Notes: generated by a model not told the origin, from the letters alone. 64,000 bases of DNA from an uncultured virus (IMG/VR IMGVR_UViG_3300042542_004481) (IMGVR_UViG_3300042542_004481:1-64000), one strand, 5' to 3'; positions 1-7,341 are shown, counted from the first letter of the stretch. Made by a program: numbers and translations.

Positions 1-79
1 ATCATCCTCCTACCTATCTCACATCTCTCACTCTCCGCTCAAACTTGCTAAAATCCAAAGAAAGTCATATATTTATCTC

Positions 80-382
80 ATGGCTAAGTCAACACGCAAC
101 ACAAACGCAGGTAAGTTCACCGGGACATCTGAGTCCTCTAAGTATTTTGCTAATAATCCTGAAGCTCGTCGTAAAAAGAACGAGTACAATAAGAAGTACC
201 ACGCTACAGAAGAGCGCAAAAACTACAGAGAACAACTCAATAAGGTCAATCGCCGAGATAATGATGCCGGTTATGGCGATAAATATGACCTAAGCCACAC
301 TCGCAACGGTAAACTAGTTAAAGAGTCTAGATCTACTAACCGTGCTCGTAACGGTAAAGGCGGTAAGTCGTCTAAGAAGTAA
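80..382 (+). CDS. Small basic HNH-like phage protein
   Basis: Lys/Arg-rich ORF with DLSH...ESRSTNRARN, resembling small phage HNH-type proteins. Confidence 0.5.
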   Translation: MAKSTRNTNAGKFTGTSESSKYFANNPEARRKKNEYNKKYHATEERKNYREQLNKVNRRDNDAGYGDKYDLSHTRNGKLVKESRSTNRARNGKGGKSSKK

Positions 383-488
383 CCCCAGATCAATATATGC
401 AAACAATTTAGTCTCCAAGCGGAGGCTGACTGACACTTAAGTCTCAATCCGCGCTCTTTCTTTGCAGATATTGATCTTATTTAGCTCC

Positions 489-500
489 TCACAACCCCTT
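489..500 (+). repeat. TCACAACCCCTT motif, copy 1 (candidate phage promoter)
   Basis: Identical 12-mer at 489-500 and 602-613 in the same intergenic region. Confidence 0.5.
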
Positions 501-601
501 TTTCGTTATAACTTTCTGATTTGATTGTGAGATTGTGAGATAGTTGAGTCGGTATGACTGAGCCACGCGATGTGGTTAGTCTATACAGCCATATCAGCTT
601 T

Positions 602-613
602 TCACAACCCCTT
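602..613 (+). repeat. TCACAACCCCTT motif, copy 2
   Basis: Second exact copy, upstream of ORF 695. Confidence 0.5.
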
Positions 614-694
614 CTTGTCAGGACACATATGCTTGACGGTCAGGACGTTGAGAAATGTGAGACACTAATGTTTAACCCTTAAAACCAAATCAAG

Positions 695-1078
695 ATGAAG
701 ATCAACTTGACCCGCTCTTATCGGAGCAAGAATGGCAATACAGTGTTTGTATATGCCGTAAGTGGAACCAACGAGCAACTTAAGCAATTTGCTGCAGCTC
801 AGGGTGATAACCACCGTGTAGATGAAGCAACAGGTACGCCGTTGTGGTTCACGACACGTTGTGTTGGCCAGAACGGCACGCTTATTATCACGAGCAACAA
901 TAAAGTTGTTCCTGATATGAGCCAGTACGACCAGGCTGACTCATTGGCTAAGCAGTATGGCGGTAACTTAGGCCAGGAGCTTGCTAAAGCCGCAGCTGAA
1001 AAGCTGATTGGCGCTGGTGCTCAGGCAGTTACACCTGCTACTACGCCAGTAGGAACACCCGGATTAGGCAAGCTCTAA
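695..1078 (+). CDS. Hypothetical early protein
   Basis: A-rich leader, 127-aa ORF, followed by an intrinsic terminator. Confidence 0.8.
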   Translation: MKINLTRSYRSKNGNTVFVYAVSGTNEQLKQFAAAQGDNHRVDEATGTPLWFTTRCVGQNGTLIITSNNKVVPDMSQYDQADSLAKQYGGNLGQELAKAAAEKLIGAGAQAVTPATTPVGTPGLGKL

Positions 1079-1092
1079 TACGGGAGACATAT

Positions 1093-1126
1093 AAGGTGAC
1101 GGGAGCAATCCCGTTACCTTTTTTTT
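1093..1126 (+). terminator. Rho-independent terminator
   Basis: AAGGTGACGGGA-GCAA-TCCCGTTACCTT followed by a T run. Confidence 0.85.
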
Positions 1127-1333
1127 GTCATTAAGACAGTGGAAAACGCGATAGAAATCGCTCACGCTCTCTAAAAATCGGAGCTAACTTGTTGAAAGTC
1201 AGAGAGAAAGAGAGTGGGACTAAATCTCCCACCTCTTTTACTCTCTCTTACACACCACTCAAAATTACCCTCAGCTTAACCTCTACTCGAGTATATAGCT
1301 ACATAAACTTCACAGGTTTAAAATCAATGTCCT

Positions 1334-1561
1334 ATGCAACAGACAGATAACTTACAATCAGAAGATCCTAATCATCATATCTCTTATCTTAAAGACATAT
1401 ATACCCATCTTATGTATGCTCACCGATCACTACATGATCTTAAGACATACTATGTCCGCGGGCAGGTATATGATAAAGCTCAAGAGATATTCGATTTAGA
1501 AAAAGAAATCGGCCGCCTTAAAGATCAGGTAGATGAAATGATCCGGCCACTGCCATTCTAA
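1334..1561 (+). CDS. Hypothetical protein ending in LPF
   Basis: 75-aa ORF with an A-rich leader; C-terminus RPLPF. Confidence 0.65.
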   Translation: MQQTDNLQSEDPNHHISYLKDIYTHLMYAHRSLHDLKTYYVRGQVYDKAQEIFDLEKEIGRLKDQVDEMIRPLPF

Positions 1562-1634
1562 AGTAAATCTATATCAATACCCATGAGATGTAGATAAGGG
1601 CAACGGCATCCGGAATACCACCGGGTGCCGACCC

Positions 1635-1910
1635 TTTTACTAATGCACCACAACTCACGTAGATATAAAGACTTCTTAGTAAAGATTCTCTTACCTGATA
1701 CTAAATTTATCTTAGTAATAATGCAGGGACTAAGATGTGAAACTACCTGATTAACATAGGTTCTTAGGAACTAACGATATAGTAGTGATATTGTATCATT
1801 AAAATGTTAGTCAGCTCCCAAGGGTGAGCAGTTGTAACAGCACATTAAAAACATAGATACTATGAGTGGAAGGTGAGGTATCGGTTACAACTGAGTGCAG
1901 AGGGGTAAAA
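1635..1910 (+). ncRNA. Twister ribozyme, type P1, with long P3 and P5 insertions
   Basis: P1 TTTTAC(1635-40)/GTAAAA(1905-10); L1 TAA and GAGGG; P2 TGCA/TGCA; L4 TCCCAAGG(1816-23) able to pair CCC with GGG (T1) and GG with CC1648-49 (T2); P5 CAGTTGTAAC/GTTACAACTG. Confidence 0.8.
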
Positions 1911-1938
1911 CAATTGTCAACTCTAAAACCAACTCAAT

Positions 1939-2256
1939 ATGCCATCTTGCTTTCAACTTTTAGATAAGCAGTCTAATGAAGCTGTTTCTCTCAACAAACT
2001 TGATGAAGATATCTGTAAAGATGTTCTCAATGTCCCTGTACATGAAAAGAAATACGGCGGCGGATATGTAAAAGGCGCTTTCAATTGGTTTGATACCATC
2101 GGCTACCATATAGCAACAGGTATGCCACTCGGATCTCAAGAACTTAGAGATCACTACCTTAAATCTGATATATGGGCTGAAGAAGCACCTATAATCAGTA
2201 AGATTCTTGATTACCTGGAAGCACGCTATTATAGCCACAGCTTCTACGGTAGATAA
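1939..2256 (+). CDS. Hypothetical protein
   Basis: 105-aa ORF with an A/C-rich Bacteroidota-type leader. Confidence 0.75.
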   Translation: MPSCFQLLDKQSNEAVSLNKLDEDICKDVLNVPVHEKKYGGGYVKGAFNWFDTIGYHIATGMPLGSQELRDHYLKSDIWAEEAPIISKILDYLEARYYSHSFYGR

Positions 2257-2369
2257 TGTTTTTCGCAGGCCCCGGGGAGGAGACACAGAGGTAAGGCTGT
2301 GCCCCGGGGAGCTGTTCTCCATACTTAGCTATATCATCAACTCACAAATTAACTCAAACACTCTCTCAC

Positions 2370-3659
2370 ATGAAAACAGAAATCTTTGAAAAGATAGCCA
2401 AGGCAATTAGCGAGTATAAGCAAGAAGGATTAATCATATTTCAGGATAGTCCTAAATTATATAGCCTACACTCTCTGACAGAAACAGATGAGTATAAGCA
2501 CTATATGTTCTTTATGAGTAAATCCTATGGCTATGAAGAACAGCTTGAAAGGGCAAAGGCTAACCTCAAAAAGGATAGCAACGTCTCATCTTATGCACCT
2601 GCTCCTATTAAGCAGTTCATATCTCTCAAATACGATAAGGTTAAAGACAAGATATCTTTAGCCAGATACGAAGTAGGATATGGATATAGTCACCGGCAGA
2701 AAAGATATTACCCTCACCGGAAAAACCATCCTTTGTTATGCTATAGCAATCACCTGTATTCCTTTATCCCATTACCGAAAAGTATTGGAAGCGGGAAACT
2801 TATACGGATTGCTACGCCGAACAATACACCAGAAGATTTTGCCAAACTTATGGCCAAAGTAATCTATCCTGAGCTATCCTTAGAATACTATCAGTTCTCT
2901 AAGATACCTTTCAGATATCTGAACGGTACAGATAACCAGTTAGATGCTTATGAAAAGATGTCCGGAATAAAGATACCGCAGGCTCTCAAACGATTTGTTC
3001 CAGAATCAGTAATAGAACTGATCAGCGTTCTTAAGAATCCTAACGAGCTTAATACAATCTGTCAGTATCTCTCTAAATATCCAAACAATATCCAAGAGAG
3101 AAGCCATTATCATGGTGATATATTTTGGCAATATATATCTGATATGTTATTTCAGGATCGCGGAGAAAGTGATTGGTTGGTTAGAGATTGGGTAAATGAT
3201 CATCGCAGCCTAGGTCGTAAACTTAGCCTTAAGATATCATCCAAGAAAAGGATGATCGACGAGCACAATAAAATGAGCGTCGAAAGAATGGCTAAGAAAT
3301 CCCCTGAAATAAAGGTGGCCGGCATGTACAAGAATATGTTCAAGAGGTTCCCTATCCAGGGAGCAGAACTGATTCTTGAGAAGGAAAGATTGGTACAAGA
3401 ATCTGTAGAACAGAGACATTGCGTAGCAAGCTATGCCCATAAAATCAATGCGGGCCAGTGTGCTATCGTATCCATTCCCTATAACGGTGAACAATATACA
3501 TTGGAAGTTGCAATAGATTCTGACTCACATATGTATAACGCTCAGCTTAGAGGTAAATGTAATGTGTCTGCACCAGAAGAACTAAACAATAACCTTAATA
3601 AGTTCTTCGCAGAATTTGCAGGGAAACCTGTTCCATCTTGTCCGTCGCTTCCATTCTAA
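2370..3659 (+). CDS. PcfJ-like domain protein
   Basis: C-terminal LVQESVEQRHCVASY...YTLEV...QLRGKCN is typical of the PcfJ-like family; ends in LPF. Confidence 0.75.
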   Translation: MKTEIFEKIAKAISEYKQEGLIIFQDSPKLYSLHSLTETDEYKHYMFFMSKSYGYEEQLERAKANLKKDSNVSSYAPAPIKQFISLKYDKVKDKISLARYEVGYGYSHRQKRYYPHRKNHPLLCYSNHLYSFIPLPKSIGSGKLIRIATPNNTPEDFAKLMAKVIYPELSLEYYQFSKIPFRYLNGTDNQLDAYEKMSGIKIPQALKRFVPESVIELISVLKNPNELNTICQYLSKYPNNIQERSHYHGDIFWQYISDMLFQDRGESDWLVRDWVNDHRSLGRKLSLKISSKKRMIDEHNKMSVERMAKKSPEIKVAGMYKNMFKRFPIQGAELILEKERLVQESVEQRHCVASYAHKINAGQCAIVSIPYNGEQYTLEVAIDSDSHMYNAQLRGKCNVSAPEELNNNLNKFFAEFAGKPVPSCPSLPF

Positions 3660-3767
3660 GACCTGAGGTAGTCAGCATAGGACCACAGGTGAGGAACCTC
3701 GGCCGGTAATCATACCAGCCGGGGTCAACCTCTTTTCAATCATTGTTTAACTCAAAACTTATATCAC

Positions 3768-4052
3768 ATGGAGACTGCTCAAAAATCTTTTAAGCTTGCA
3801 ATCGTAGACGAAACATCATCATCTTTAATAGAAGCTCTTGGTATGTCCCAAGAAAGAGCTCAAGAGCTAGGTACTAAAATCAGAAAAGTTTTCGTAGTTT
3901 CAGAAAAGATTACTCAAGCCGCAGATATTGTGACAGCAGATTGTCGTCACGAAAACGAGTTATTGTTTTGCTACTACTACATAGCAAAGCTGCAAGATCA
4001 AATGAATAATCCTATTGAGGCTTTGTTGAAAAAGATAGGCAATAAAGAATAA
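3768..4052 (+). CDS. Hypothetical protein
   Basis: 94-aa ORF; its stop codon abuts the hammerhead. Confidence 0.7.
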   Translation: METAQKSFKLAIVDETSSSLIEALGMSQERAQELGTKIRKVFVVSEKITQAADIVTADCRHENELLFCYYYIAKLQDQMNNPIEALLKKIGNKE

Positions 4053-4112
4053 GTGTACTGATGAGTCTTTAAGAGACGAAACGCAAAGATTTTATATCTT
4101 TGCGTCTGCACT
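4052..4112 (+). ncRNA. Hammerhead ribozyme, type I
   Basis: Stem I AGTGTA/TGCACT, core CTGATGA(4058-64), stem II GTCT/AGAC, GAAA, stem III CGCAAAGAT/ATCTTTGCG, GUC cleavage triplet with the cut after C4106. Confidence 0.93.
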
Positions 4113-4411
4113 GCATGAAGTTAGCCGGGTACACGCCATGCGAGCGAACCCTGCCAGATCACCGGATCTGTGATGACAGCTACCAGGTAGCTAATTCTAA
4201 ACCGGTAACAATTTTAACGGATGCTCGCAGCAATACCCTCTATCTAAAAACGAGAAGTGGCATCCCGACTAGAACTAAAGGATACATCAGCAAACTCTAT
4301 CTATAAAACCGATAGGTGAACCGGGGAGACCTGCTGCAAAATAATTCGCGGTGGTACCGTATCCTGTAATGTTCTAAACCCGTCGCCTATGAAAGGGCGG
4401 CGGGTCTCCCC
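4113..4411 (+). ncRNA. Structured RNA region with two CAGCAA stem-loop units (candidate Ro/TROVE partner RNA or leader)
   Basis: Unit 1 GGATGC(4219)..CAGCAA..GCATCC(4265); unit 2 AGGATAC(4279)..CAGCAA..GTATCCT(4365); both contain CTCTATCTA; further hairpins at 4116-4198 and 4378-4405. Confidence 0.55.
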
Positions 4412-4448
4412 AAAAATTTAAACCTGACAAATTTAAACCTATCAACCT

Positions 4449-5834
4449 ATGAGCACTCTCGTGAACGCTATGCGCCAATATGATTCTACTACAGCCAACG
4501 GTGCTGTGACACACTCTACCTCACTCTCTCATCTTGTAGATATGTTCTTTCTAGCAGGTGCCAGCAGGAACATGTCTGAGATGGCCATCACTACGGTCTT
4601 CGAACGCGCTTATGCGGAAGATCCAAACATCGCAGCCAAGATTCTATTCTGGTCTCGTGATGCGCGTGGTGGTGCAGGTGAGCGCAGATTCTTCCACATC
4701 GTTATGAAGCATATCGCACAGACTCGTCCAGAGATCTTCGAGATGCTCATTATCCATACGCCAGAGTTTGGCTATTGGAAAGATGTATTCGCTATAGATA
4801 CGCCTAATCAGGATACCCTGAACTGGCTCTCTACGCAGCTAGAAGAATCTTCTAACCGTAATCTTCTTGCCAAATGGTTTCCACGTAAAGGGCCATGGTT
4901 TACAGCGATGCACAAGTATATGGGTATTACACCCAAAGACTTGCGCAAGAAGTTGGTAGCCATGACCAAGGTCGTAGAGACACAGATGTGCCAGAAGAAA
5001 TGGTCCGATGTAGAATATGACAAGGTTCCTTCGATTGCCATGAACCGCTACCGTAATGCTTTCTTTAAGCATGACCAAAAGCGTATGTCTTCTTTCATAG
5101 AAGATGTTAAGTCTGGCAAAGCGAAGATCAATGCCTCAGTATTGTTTCCTCACCAGTTGTATCAAGCAATTGCTCGAGGAGATAATGCCGATGCTGTAAC
5201 AGCACAGTGGAACGCCCTGCCGGATTACATGCAAGACAGCACAGAAAGGATTCTTCCTGTATGTGATGTCAGCGGTAGTATGAGCGGGCTTCCCATGGAC
5301 GTAAGTGTTTCTCTCGGGATCTATATCTCTGAGAGAAACAAAGGTATCTTCAAGGATGCCTTTATTACGTTTAGCCAATCCCCAGAGATGCACTACCTCA
5401 AGGGTAGTCTTCCTGAAAGGATGGTGCAGCTGAACAGCAGCGAGTGGGGTATGAATACCAACCTTGAATCTGTATTCAATCTTGTGCTTAACAGCGCTGT
5501 AAGAGAGAACATACCACAGACCGAGATGCCTACAAAGATCCTTATCATATCTGATATGGAGTTCGATGAGGCTTGCGGTACCGGAACAAACCTTGATGCA
5601 ATCAGATCTAAGTACCAGCAAGCTGGATACGAGATGCCTGAGATCATCTTCTGGAATGTGAACGGTAGATTGGGTAACTCTCCAGCGAATGTTAGCGACA
5701 AGGGGATCGGACTGGTATCTGGCTTCAGCCCATCGATTCTTAAATCTATCCTCAAGGGTAAGATTTATGGACCGAATCAGCTGATGTTGGATACGGTTAT
5801 GGTAGATCGCTACAAGGCTATACGCATTGACTAA
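4449..5834 (+). CDS. Ro60/TROVE-like helical domain plus vWA domain protein (DUF2828-type)
   Basis: RDARGGAGER, GYWKD, AKWFPR, MIDAS CDVSGSM, ISDMEFD, IIFWNV, LVSGFS motifs. Confidence 0.8.
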   Translation: MSTLVNAMRQYDSTTANGAVTHSTSLSHLVDMFFLAGASRNMSEMAITTVFERAYAEDPNIAAKILFWSRDARGGAGERRFFHIVMKHIAQTRPEIFEMLIIHTPEFGYWKDVFAIDTPNQDTLNWLSTQLEESSNRNLLAKWFPRKGPWFTAMHKYMGITPKDLRKKLVAMTKVVETQMCQKKWSDVEYDKVPSIAMNRYRNAFFKHDQKRMSSFIEDVKSGKAKINASVLFPHQLYQAIARGDNADAVTAQWNALPDYMQDSTERILPVCDVSGSMSGLPMDVSVSLGIYISERNKGIFKDAFITFSQSPEMHYLKGSLPERMVQLNSSEWGMNTNLESVFNLVLNSAVRENIPQTEMPTKILIISDMEFDEACGTGTNLDAIRSKYQQAGYEMPEIIFWNVNGRLGNSPANVSDKGIGLVSGFSPSILKSILKGKIYGPNQLMLDTVMVDRYKAIRID

Positions 5835-5897
5835 GACTCGGGGGAAGCGGCAGGATTGATCATCCAACCTGGCAACAGAAGCCGCAATAGACACACG

Positions 5898-5929
5898 AAG
5901 GCTCGGGGAAACCCGGGCCTTTATATTTT
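5898..5929 (+). terminator. Rho-independent terminator
   Basis: AAGGCTCGGG-GAAA-CCCGGGCCTT followed by a T-rich tail. Confidence 0.7.
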
Positions 5930-5935
5930 ACCGCT

Positions 5936-6385
5936 ATGAAAGAAAAAGATAAAATCACAGTAGACATCACTAAGGATGAGATAACTCACTCGCTCTCTAA
6001 ATGTATAAAGCACGATAGTGCTAAGCTTTTGGCAGAAACCATTATTGGTATAGCGAGTACTACAGAAATCGGATTAGAGCTAATCTATAAGGCGATGCAA
6101 GGGTGGGAAAGAAAGTTTGATTTCAAAGTGGGGCAGAATATCCTTATCCCGATAGAAAACACCTATACGTGGAAGATGAATAAAGAAGCTACTAAGAACG
6201 ATCCTAAGTATTCAAAGGACGGTTATATCAAAGCTGTAATAACAGGTATAGACGCTTATGCCCGCGAATGCTATAGACTATCTTATAGTTATGTAGACGA
6301 CAAGGGAGAAGAACATACTCAAACAGACTATACATTAGACGGTAGAGTATTCTTATTACCAGACGATTTCCCGTTTAGCGAATAA
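5936..6385 (+). CDS. Hypothetical protein
   Basis: 149-aa ORF. Confidence 0.75.
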   Translation: MKEKDKITVDITKDEITHSLSKCIKHDSAKLLAETIIGIASTTEIGLELIYKAMQGWERKFDFKVGQNILIPIENTYTWKMNKEATKNDPKYSKDGYIKAVITGIDAYARECYRLSYSYVDDKGEEHTQTDYTLDGRVFLLPDDFPFSE

Positions 6386-6474
6386 CCCGCTCTCTCAATC
6401 TCAGAGAAAGATTTACTATCATCTTCCATTTCTCACAATCTGTCAACCAAACATCGTTGTATCCCAAAGAATTA

Positions 6475-6482
6475 TATATTTG
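6475..6482 (+). promoter_or_regulatory. Bacteroidota sigma-A -7 element
   Basis: TATATTTG matches TAnnTTTG, just upstream of ATG 6492; the -33 element is weak. Confidence 0.5.
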
Positions 6483-6491
6483 TGATGCGAC

Positions 6492-6770
6492 ATGATCTAT
6501 CAGTTACCAAACGGCAAAGTAATCCACATCACGGTAGAAGAATATCTTGATCTCACAGACCAAGACATCCAATATCTGATGAGCGTCAACGCCGGTAACC
6601 ATATCAACTCTCCGTGGCACGGCTCCGTCGTAAAGAAGGGCGTCATACGAGAACAAGAAGAAGATTCCTCTATAGATTACACACCTGAATCCGATGAACC
6701 TTTCATAGGACACGGTATAGAAGAACCAATAGAGGAAGAGTTTCCAGATATCACAGAAGAACAAGAATAA
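6492..6770 (+). CDS. Hypothetical acidic protein
   Basis: MIYQLPNGKVIHITVEEYLDL N-terminus and an acidic tail. Confidence 0.75.
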   Translation: MIYQLPNGKVIHITVEEYLDLTDQDIQYLMSVNAGNHINSPWHGSVVKKGVIREQEEDSSIDYTPESDEPFIGHGIEEPIEEEFPDITEEQE

Positions 6771-6801
6771 TCGTCGTTTCCTGACAACGACAACCAAGCG
6801 G

Positions 6802-6833
6802 AAGACCGGGCTAAAGAGCCACCGGTCTTTTTT
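6802..6833 (+). terminator. Rho-independent terminator
   Basis: AAGACCGG...CCGGTCTT followed by a T run. Confidence 0.65.
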
Positions 6834-6876
6834 GCTTTATATATCAACGGCTCTATTATCTCAAATACCAATAAAC

Positions 6877-7341
6877 ATGAACTCAAAAGTTAAAGTTAAT
6901 GCAGACGCTGCTGGGAACGTAATCGTTCCATCAAAAAACAATCCTGGATATGGTCATATCCGTGTAGAACAAATCCGTATGATTATCGATGAACGTGGTT
7001 TCGCTCGCAAGAAGACGGTGAGCTCATTGATCCCAGGTACAATCGAGGATCTGAAAGCTTTCGGATGGACAGCCGGACAAGAGGTAGATGGTAAGATTGT
7101 GGTGAAGGAACGCCTTACTCCGTTTAATACATCTGAGCCAGAGCGTGATTACAAAGTTGCAGGTGAAACCGGTGTAGTTTGTTGCCAGGACGGGCAACCG
7201 ATTTATCGTAAAGCGTTCTACACGTTGAACATGAATGCTTATGATGAGACCGTTGAGCACACTAACGGTGAAGACATCAAGGCAGCTTACGCAGAGCTTA
7301 TGGAAAAGAAGTCTACTGCTAAGACAGACTTGAGTCTGTAA
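6877..7341 (+). CDS. Hypothetical protein, possibly OB-fold
   Basis: ATG 6877 follows an A-rich leader; beta-rich sequence; terminator follows. Confidence 0.75.
   Translation: MNSKVKVNADAAGNVIVPSKNNPGYGHIRVEQIRMIIDERGFARKKTVSSLIPGTIEDLKAFGWTAGQEVDGKIVVKERLTPFNTSEPERDYKVAGETGVVCCQDGQPIYRKAFYTLNMNAYDETVEHTNGEDIKAAYAELMEKKSTAKTDLSL

Noticed and set aside
2265..2320. HDV-like or theta ribozyme
   Set aside because: I could not place the nested double pseudoknot, the L3 motif or the catalytic C
4100..4306. 68-aa ORF in the ncRNA region
   Set aside because: TTG start inside the hammerhead, no recognisable protein features; RNA structure explains the region better
4219..4365. CRISPR-like mini-array
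   Set aside because: Only two divergent units, no regular spacer period and no cas genes
5847..5885. SAM-I riboswitch suggested by CCTGGCAAC
   Set aside because: The rest of the SAM-I core is missing and the element is too small
5136..5894. 252-aa antisense ORF over the TROVE-like gene
   Set aside because: Likely a by-product of codon bias in a GC-richer gene; no protein motifs
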